This document shows, one piece after another, positions 55,418-64,000 of a DNA stretch of 64,000 nt. Under the pieces are notes generated by a model that had not been told where the DNA came from, ran no database searches, and saw nothing but the letters and a program-made list of their open reading frames with translations. The DNA is from Octopus sinensis. Its lineage: Eukaryota. The stretch spans positions 148,180,001 through 148,244,000 of the forward strand of contig NC_042998.1 in assembly GCF_006345805.1 (NCBI RefSeq), in the 5' to 3' direction. The first letter of the stretch is position 1; each line of letters starts with the position of its first letter. The translations under genes and the position numbers were made by a program.

Positions 55418-55584
55418 GTCTGTCTGTCTTCTGTCTGTCTGTCTGTCTGTCGGTGTCTGTCTATCTATTTATCTCTCTCTCTCTCTCTTCTCTATCTATA
55501 TATATATATATTATATATATATATAGATATATATATATATATATATATATGATAATAAGAATAATATAATACATATATACATAT

Positions 55585-55620
<36 letters not shown>

Positions 55621-55746
55621 ATTATATATATATAATATAATAGATAAATTTGGCTACCCGGGTATCGGTTAACCGAATTATCCATACTAGGATAATTCAT
55701 TCAACTACTTAAACATATATAATATATATATATATATATAATATAT

Positions 55747-55819
<73 letters not shown>

Positions 55820-55897
55820 TAATATATATATATGTGTGTATATGTATATGTATGTATGTGTGCATGTGTGTGGTGTGTGTGTATGAATATATATGTG

Positions 55898-55935
<38 letters not shown>

Positions 55936-56069
55936 TTGTGAACTTAAATTATCGAAAACAGTTGACGTATCTCACATACATGTAGTTTACATCTCCCATT
56001 GCCACAAGAAAACCTGTGTAAAGTTTTACATACATCATTACCATAGATTCTCTCAAGAGAGACTGTAGC

Positions 56070-56101
<32 letters not shown>

Positions 56102-56957
56102 CATTAGTAGTAGTAGTAGTAGTAGTATAAGAGGAAAGTCACAGATAGTCGGAATGAACAAACTTGAGTACTTGACTCTTGATACTTATTCTTTTTAAGC
56201 CGCATGAGTGAAATCAGAATCGAACCCGGTGAAGTTACTACAGTTGGGGATTTAACTGTAGGGTGTAAACAATCTAGTTTGGGGCCATGTGGTTGGTGAA
56301 AATAAAAAAAAACAAGAGAAAGCGCAAAAAAAAAAATAAATAAACGACATAAAAATTTTTTTTGAAACTGGTTTAACCACACACAGAATTATAGGTGTGT
56401 GAACGGAATAAATGTCCTTAATTATGGCTATAGAAGCTAATTTCATTCTTTTTCTTGTCCTCTTTAACGAAAAAGACTACTACGTCAAACATTGCAAACG
56501 ACAAGCGGTAAAATAAATAAAACAGATAGTCATTCACACACACACTTCTACTATAATACACACACACACTTCTTCTATAATACACACACACAGTTATGAT
56601 TTAAATAAATATAATATATAAATGAATGAATAAAATTATTGAAATATTTGTAAATATTGGAAATCATTCGGATGATTCCGTCTGGCGTTGAAGATTTTGG
56701 AAGAAAAAAAAAAATTCAGATAAACAGCAGCAGAGAAGAAAGTAGGTCATCCTGGGAAAGGTAAGTCGCTCAACGCGCAGACGGCTACAGATATATACAA
56801 CTACTCTCCTCGTTATTGTAGCTACATAATATAAAGCTAAACCGACAAGAAAATATCACTTTCGTCACGTAGACACATCTATACTTTAAAAATGTGTTTA
56901 TATTCAATGAAAAGAAACATCAATCATTCCTATTATCACAACTATTCGGCTCTCTTA

Positions 56958-56965
56958 TTTATATA
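56958..56965 (+). promoter_or_regulatory. TATA-like element upstream of the tRNA
   Basis: tttatata lies 36-29 nt upstream of the mature tRNA 5' end. Confidence 0.4.
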
Positions 56966-56993
56966 GACTAAAATGGGCAGCGGTTTACTAGAT

Positions 56994-57075
56994 GCTGCGA
57001 TGGCCGAGTGGTTAAGGCGTTGGACTCGAAATCCAATGGGCGATGCCCTCACAGGTTCGAATCCTGTTCGCAGCG
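56994..57075 (+). tRNA. tRNA-Ser-CGA: tRNA-Ser(CGA), 82 nt, apparently intact
   Basis: Perfect 7-bp acceptor GCTGCGA/TCGCAGC with G73; anticodon arm TTGGA-CTCGAAA-TCCAA; variable arm GGGC-GAT-GCCC; T arm ACAGG-TTCGAAT-CCTGT; T5 terminator at 57083-57087. Confidence 0.97.
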
Positions 57076-57459
57076 TTAATTCTTTTTCGTATTTTGTTTT
57101 ATTGCTGTTGAACATTTGAAAATGTTATATCTTTTTTTATATTTAAAATATTTTTCTTTTTTTCTGCTTTTTTAAAAATATATTTCCGTTTCACTGATTT
57201 TTGAAATGTTATTTTTCGTATACTTTTTACAGTATTTATAAATGAAGAGAGCTCATGTCTTTTTCAAGAGCATCAGAAGCATAAATGTATTTTTTTCGAT
57301 TGAAAACGAATAGCTGATCACGAACTTCATTAACTAAATGATTATATTATAACTGAATAATGTTGATATCTTTTCTGTGTGTCGAAATTCCTACAACACA
57401 ACCAGCACAAATTAGAGCCCTCAGTATAGGAATTGTACGTCATCTTTAGACAACAATAA

Positions 57460-57826
57460 GTGCAGGCGTGGCTGTGTAGTAAGGAGTTTACTTCTCAACC
57501 ACATGGTTCTGGGTTCAGTCCCACTAAAAAGTGTCTTCTACTATGGGCTCGAGCCAACCAAAGTCTTGTGAGTAGATTTGATAGATGAAAACTGAAAGAA
57601 GCACGTCGTATATGTATTTATTTATATGTATGTGTGTTTGTGTTTGGCTCCTACCACCTCTTGACAACCGTTGTTAGTGTATCTATGTCCTCGTAACTTA
57701 GCAGTTTGGCAAAAGACACCAATAAAAATACTGGGGTCGATTCATTCGACTGAAAAGTTTTCAAGGCGGCGCCCCAGCGCGGCTGCAGTCTCATGACTGA
57801 AACTATAAAAGAGAAAAGATAAAAGA
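57460..57826 (+). mobile_element. SINE family A copy
   Basis: Head to tail similarity, with a short deletion after the B box. Confidence 0.85.
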
Positions 57827-58361
57827 CATCTGTTAACCCCTGATAAGGCTAAAGTACGCCTCCCCGCAACCGTATTAATGTTTACTCATCATAATTATTA
57901 AAAAAAACTATACAGCTAAATACGGCTACATGGATAAATAATTTTATCCCCATTGTTATAATTATTGTAATTGCGTCATCTCTGTACATATTTGCTTATA
58001 TCTGAGAAGTGTTCTATTGCTACTTAGGACCTTTCGTTATTTAGGATCTTTCGTTACCTTTCGTTACTTTGGACCTCGTTTTCTGAAGGAGAACTAAATG
58101 GTTTCTGATGAATTTTAAACTAAGAATAAACCATACCTGTTTGAGCCTGCTTTCAAACTGCCAAAAATCTTCTCGTGGGCCAAATTTTTCAATGGCACTA
58201 AATACGCATCTATATCAGTTCGTATATTTTGCTAAGCCACCACAGATACATTTACCCACACCCACTACTCTCACTATGCCTACTTAACAATGTACATAAA
58301 AAGGAAAAGTAAAAAAAAAAAAATAGGCGCAGATATACCTGTGCTGTTAAGAGTTTTTTAC

Positions 58362-58716
58362 TACTCTAGGCACAAGGCCCGAAATTTTTGGGGAGGGGGT
58401 CAGTACGCAACTGGCACTTAATTTATCGACCCTAAAGGATGAAAGGCAAAGTCGACCTCGGTGGAATTTGAACTCAGAACGTAAAGACAGACTAAATACC
58501 TATTTCTTTATTACCCACAAGGGGCTAAACACAGAGGGGACAAACAAGGACTGACATAGGTATTAAGTCGATTACATCGACCCCAGTGCGTAACTGGTAC
58601 TTAATTTATCGACCCCGAAAGGATGAAAGGCAAAGTCGACCTCGGCGGAATTTGAACTCACAACGTAACGCAGACTAAATACCGCTATGCATTTCGCCTG
58701 GCGTGCTAATGTTTCA
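58362..58716 (-). mobile_element. Two tandem SINE family B copies
   Basis: The segment taatttatcgaccc..ggatgaaaggcaaagtcgacctcgg.ggaatttgaactca occurs twice (about 58415 and 58600). Confidence 0.85.
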
Positions 58717-58827
58717 GTCCATGAGAGCAGCACATTCTTCAATAGCCCCGGCCAAACCAATGTGTTGTGAGTGAATTTATTCGACGGAAACTATGCAGAA
58801 GACTAACGCACTGATACATATTTATAA

Positions 58828-58935
58828 TTATTATTCTTTAACAAGAATAGTATTAGCAGTGACTTCGAAGTTTCGGAGTTAGCTGACTGAAACTTCGAAG
58901 TCACTGCCGATACTATTCTCGTCAAAGAATAATAA
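58828..58935. repeat. 49-bp inverted repeat with 10-nt spacer (MITE-like palindrome)
   Basis: Arms 58828-58876 and 58887-58935 have 5 mismatches, all transitions. Confidence 0.85.
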
Positions 58936-59005
58936 ATATATACTCAAAAAGTATTGAGTAATCTTTCAGTTTAAACTATAATTGTGTTATTATAACTTTA
59001 TATAG

Positions 59006-59054
<49 letters not shown>

Positions 59055-59099
59055 AACGCACACACACACACACACACACACACATCTATATATGTGCGT

Positions 59100-59700
59100 G
59101 CATGTATCAAGAAAGCACCACAGCCCCGTCTATAAACATGAGCGTTACTCAATTAAAAACCTCCACTGTTTCTTCAACCGAAGAGACACAACTGTCTTCG
59201 AAGATCTCTCAAGACGAAAGTACACCCTTCGAATAGCTAGAGCCGCGTCTTCAGGGCCAGAAAATATCTCAACCTTCAACAGCTGCTGACACTACAAAGC
59301 TGCCAACAATGGACTATTGCCCACCAAAACTGCAGTGGTGCACGCAGACATCCTGGTTTGCATCTAAAGAAGGATTACCCCATCACTAACAGACATTATC
59401 CAGCTTCTAAACCATACGCACGACTCCTTGTCTCACAGTCCATTCTTTCTCTATCATAATTGCCCCCTTTCTTTGAAGCTTGCTTCACTCGTATCTTTTC
59501 TACTCAAGTACCCATGAAACACTCTTCCCTTCACCTCTCTCCACCCTTGATTCGACCATCCTCTTCAGTATTTCCTCCCAGAACATCAACACTATGGAAT
59601 CATCTCGCTACTCATATTTTTTCTGTAAGTCTTGACTTACATCAGTTCAAATGGAATATTACTGGCATCTCCGAGAGTCTACAAAGGTTTTGAGTACTGC
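59100..59700 (+). mobile_element. Old CR1/Jockey-group LINE 3' fragment
   Basis: SSVFPPRTSTLWNHLATHIFSVSLDLHQFKWNI resembles the SFFPRT..LWN.LP..F..FK terminus of these LINEs. Confidence 0.55.
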
Positions 59701-59726
59701 TTTTTCTCCTGTATTGGAAAGTAACG

Positions 59727-59834
<108 letters not shown>

Positions 59835-60358
59835 AATCTGTCTTATAGGGGTTGACAAGTTCAAAGATTCTATGTTTGTCCACTTAGAATAATGAACTTA
59901 GCCTTATTTTCAAGTTCTTTATTCTAAGTAGCCAAACGGTTTCTTTAAACTCATCACATCTAGAATATTTTCTACTCCCACTCGTAAAACCCACTCACCA
60001 AATACTTATCCTTCAAGAATTAAACTTCTCTACCAAGAATAATCAATCCTGTCCCTTTCAAGAAGATTTACATAAAATCCCTCGGGCCAAAATGACAAAA
60101 ACAAAAACAAACGAACAAACAAACAAAAAACAAAACCAAAAAGACCTTTTGATTTCCTCAGAAGACTTAGAGGGCTTTATCTTCGACAAGCCGTCGAAAG
60201 AAAACCACCCAAGTAACACCGAGGATTTAAATCCTACAAGAACACTTCGATAAATAAATGTTTTATTCCATTTGAAGAGGAGCTCCTCCAGTCTATCAGA
60301 ATTTAAGACGTTAGGCGAAACAAAACATATATTGTCGGACTAATACTTATGGATCGAA

Positions 60359-60396
<38 letters not shown>

Positions 60397-60830
60397 TTGT
60401 CTGTCTGTCGTCTGTATGTCTGTCTTTCTACCTGTCTGCCAGTCTGTCTGTCTGCCTGTCAATTTCTGAGTGTGTGTATATGTGTATATCTGTGCGCGCG
60501 CGCGTGCATGTGTGTGTGTGTGTGTTTTTAGATATATTTCTCTTTTCCTTAATAGCAAGTCAGTTTTGTAGAATTCTGAATTCTTTAAATGATCTGCCCT
60601 TTTTATTTAGAGATGATCCTAGTTGCCAGTAAGCGATGGCTCTACCGTTCTTGAAAGCAGAGATAACTTTAATAAACCGCGAATCTATCGTGTACAATAT
60701 TTAATATCTCCTTATTCGTCTTTTTCGTATAAACATCCATGGATGTGCACATACATACATACATACATACATACATACATACATACATACATACATACAT
60801 ACATACATACATACATACATACATACATAC

Positions 60831-63100
60831 CTGATAGCCGTCCACTCGTGACTGAGGAAGACCATTGCTGACCTTTAGAAACATTGTGCGCTCTAGGACT
60901 AACTTATATTTTGCATTTGTGGCTCTGTTGGTAGCTAATGAGCCCTGCTCCTTGACAAGCATACACGACTGCAAATATTGTAGACCAAGCTTTCTCCATT
61001 CACTACACCAGCAGTGCGCTTTCGAGCAGCACGCTTATATTCTTCATGCAGAATACGTGCTCTCTCAAAGGTGTCGATCCCCTCCTTAACCTGCTTCCTC
61101 CATCCGTGGCGATGACAGGCATTGCTCTCCTAGTCAGTCTCCTGCATATCACAGGCCTTTATTGAGGACTTGACACAGTCCTTAAATCGCAGCCTTGGTT
61201 TCTGCCGGGGTCACTTCCACTAACAAGTTCCCCAAATAGGATCTGTTTAGGGATCCTGCTATCCTTTATTCTAATAAGGTGTCCAGTCCAATGTAACCGG
61301 TGCTCGTGCACCATCGCCTCAATACTCAAGATATCAGCTTTCCTCAGGATCTGTATGTCTGGAGTTTTTAAGATCCAGCCAACATTCAGAATGTGTCTCT
61401 GGTATCTCTGATGAAGCGTTCAAGGACCCTTACATGATGTTCATGTCTCACATGAGTAAAGGAGCCATGTCAGTACACATGCACGGTACACAGCAATTTT
61501 TGCTTGCCTTGTGATGCCATGCGGGGACCAGACACGAGACTGAACAGACCGGAAGGAATCAGTTGCTCTCTGCAACCTGAAAGGTATTTCACCATCCGGG
61601 GAGCAAGAACGTCTGAGTGTGCTGCCCAGACAAACTCATCTATCACTTTCAGTATTGTTCCTTCAACATATAGATTTCCCAGTGCAGGCTGGAACATTAC
61701 AGTCTTGTCCAGGCTAATGATGAGTCCAAATGCATTGCAAGAAGCAGACATACGATTCATAAGTATTTGCATGTCATTCCCTGTATGAGTGACTAAGTCA
61801 CAGTCATCTGCATAAAGGAGGTCACGAATAAGAGACTGGAAAACTTTTGAACTGGCAGCAAATCCGCGCAGATTAAAGAGGTGGCCAGAAGATCGATGCC
61901 TCACATATATTCCCAGAGAGCTAACCTTAGCAAAAGCATGAGTAAAAGCGGCAGTAAAGTACAAAGAAAATATAGTTTAGGCAAGGATGTTATCCTGCTA
62001 GATACCATTCTTTACAGTAATGGGTCCCGCCATGCCACTACCAACATTGACCCAAGCCTCCATCCCATCATGAAATGATTTAATTATAGTTACAAAGTGA
62101 TCCGGACATCCAAGTTTGCCAAGTATTTTCCATAGCAAGGCTCTATTCACAGTATCAAAGGCCTTCGTTAAATCAACGAACACCTGGACAACATCCATAT
62201 TTTGTTCATAGCACTTCTTCTGTATATGTCTTGCTGTGAAAATTATATCCATTATCCCTCTACCAGATCGGAAGCCGCATTGAGATTCAGATAAGACATC
62301 ATTTTCGAGACACACATTCAGGCGAGTAAGAAGATTTGCCGGAATCTTGCCAGCAGCTGATAGTAGAGCAATTCCTCTGCATTTGTCACACATTATTCTG
62401 GCTCTTTTTCCTTTATAGAGGGGATGAATAATTGCATACTTCCAGTCCTTAGGCATTGCACCATTCCTCCAGACTACACTAAGTTTATGAAGGGACTGTA
62501 TGATGTAATCATCATCAAATCGCAAGACCTTAGCACAAATTCCATCCCTTCCAGGTGCCTTACCAAGATTCAATTTACTTATTGCCGTCATTACCTCATC
62601 TATTGAGGGCGTGGAGTTTAAGGAGCCAGTGATAGGTCTTTGTAGCATAATATCAATCACTGTTTCATCCACAACTGACTCATGGTTCAAGAGTTCAGAG
62701 AAGTGTTCAAGCCAGTGACTTGTGATTTCTGTTGATTTAGTAGATAGAGTAGGAGACTCCTTGGAAAGCAAAGAAGCTGATGCAGAGGTCTTAGGCCCAT
62801 AAACGTGCTTCATAAGATGGTAAAGCTTCTTGCTGTTATTTGCATCAGCAGCAGCCTGAACATCACGTGCAAGATCCTCCCACCAAGTGTTCTGCATCTT
62901 CCTGAGAGATCGCTACATTAGTGGTTTTATACTGCTAGAGTGGGCAAGTGCTAGATTTCGCTGCACAGCTGAATGCCAGTGTGTGAATTTGTTTTGCGTG
63001 GATAAAGTGTTGCATGTCACCGAACTCTCCTTTCGGTGCTACCAGACATAAGGTCAGTGGACAGCAGAGAAATCAACTGTACTTCAAGTACTTTTTTCTT
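60831..63100 (-). mobile_element. RTE (BovB-like) LINE, decayed, with (GTAT)n tail
   Basis: KAPGRDGI, CRGIALLSAAGKI, SESQCGFRSGRG, FVDLTKAFDTVNR and LLYADDC; the C-terminus has HWTGHLIR and a C2H2-like ICSRVCLSR. The tail appears as (CATA)n at 60750-60830. The 5' boundary is uncertain (up to about 63300). Confidence 0.92.
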
Positions 63101-63600
63101 CATTATACAAGCTTACCTTCAAGGAGGAACTTCTCACAAGAACTAGGGATCCTTCATTCCCAGTTGTCCACAAGCAAGTTAACCCGTAGCTGGGTCCCTA
63201 ACAAATGCTGCTAAGAGTTGACCTAGGAACAGTAGTGTCTAAGAGGTGGTTCTACACTTCTCAAAATCATGGCACTGCCGTACCAGGGCTCCATATGTAT
63301 GCATGTATGTTGTCCGGAACTCACGTACCGGACAACATACATACATACATACATACATACATACATACATACATACATACATACATACAGGCATGCATGC
63401 ATGCATGCATTCATATCTACATACATGATGGCTGCCCCCTCGTTATATACATACATAATACATACATACATACATACATACATACATGCATGCATGCATA
63501 CATGTGTGTGTGTGTGTGTATGTGTGCATGTGTGTGTGTGTGTGTATGTGTGCATGTGTGTGTGTATGTGTGCATGTGTGTGTGTGAAAGAGAGAGAGAA

Positions 63601-63636
<36 letters not shown>

Positions 63637-64000
63637 AAGAAATACTTAGCTGTTGATTTTAATGATGATTGCTTATAATATGAAAATCAAAAATCTATGA
63701 ATATAAATTATATAGAAAATTAAAAAAGAGACAGAAAGAAGCCACGAAGGAAATAAAATGATGAATTAGAAAATTCCTCCATATCTATAATTTGTGTCAT
63801 CAAGAAATATTCACATTTATTCCAAATAATATGCATTTCGTTTTTCTAAATTACTATGAAAATTTTGCGTTAGAGGCTACAGCTGTATTTATTTGCAGCT
63901 TTGTTAATACACATACATACATACATACATACATACATACATACATACATACATACATACACACACATGTATGTTTCTGTAAGTGCGCACGTGTGTGTAA

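Overview
AT-rich, microsatellite-saturated eukaryotic DNA, most likely from an Octopus species. That assignment is inferred from SINE families I recognise and the repeat landscape, and was not checked by a search. I find no credible host protein-coding exon, and most long ORFs in the track are translations of (TA)n, (CA)n, (TACA)n, (TATC)n or trinucleotide arrays. The only clearly intact host gene is a tRNA-Ser(CGA) at 56994-57075. The rest is decayed mobile elements: RTE, Tx1/L1, CR1-like and RLE-type (R4/Dong) LINEs, Penelope-like elements (PLEs), Tc1/mariner elements and MITEs, a hAT MITE, Helitron-like elements and two tRNA-derived SINE families. Four things stand out. (1) There are at least seven type I hammerhead ribozyme motifs, intact or decayed, from several PLE-like families; one PLE carries a tRNA-like Pol III head just upstream of its ribozyme, and one 157-bp inverted repeat carries twin ribozymes. 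(2) A SINE is fused to a 21-nt copy of the 3' end plus trailer of the tRNA-Ser gene 45 kb away. (3) Three retroelement lineages each sit inside their own microsatellite class: (TAA)n, (TATG)n and (TATC)n. (4) A Helitron-like element contains a Tx1 ORF1 fragment. All alignments and folds were done by eye, and element boundaries are approximate.
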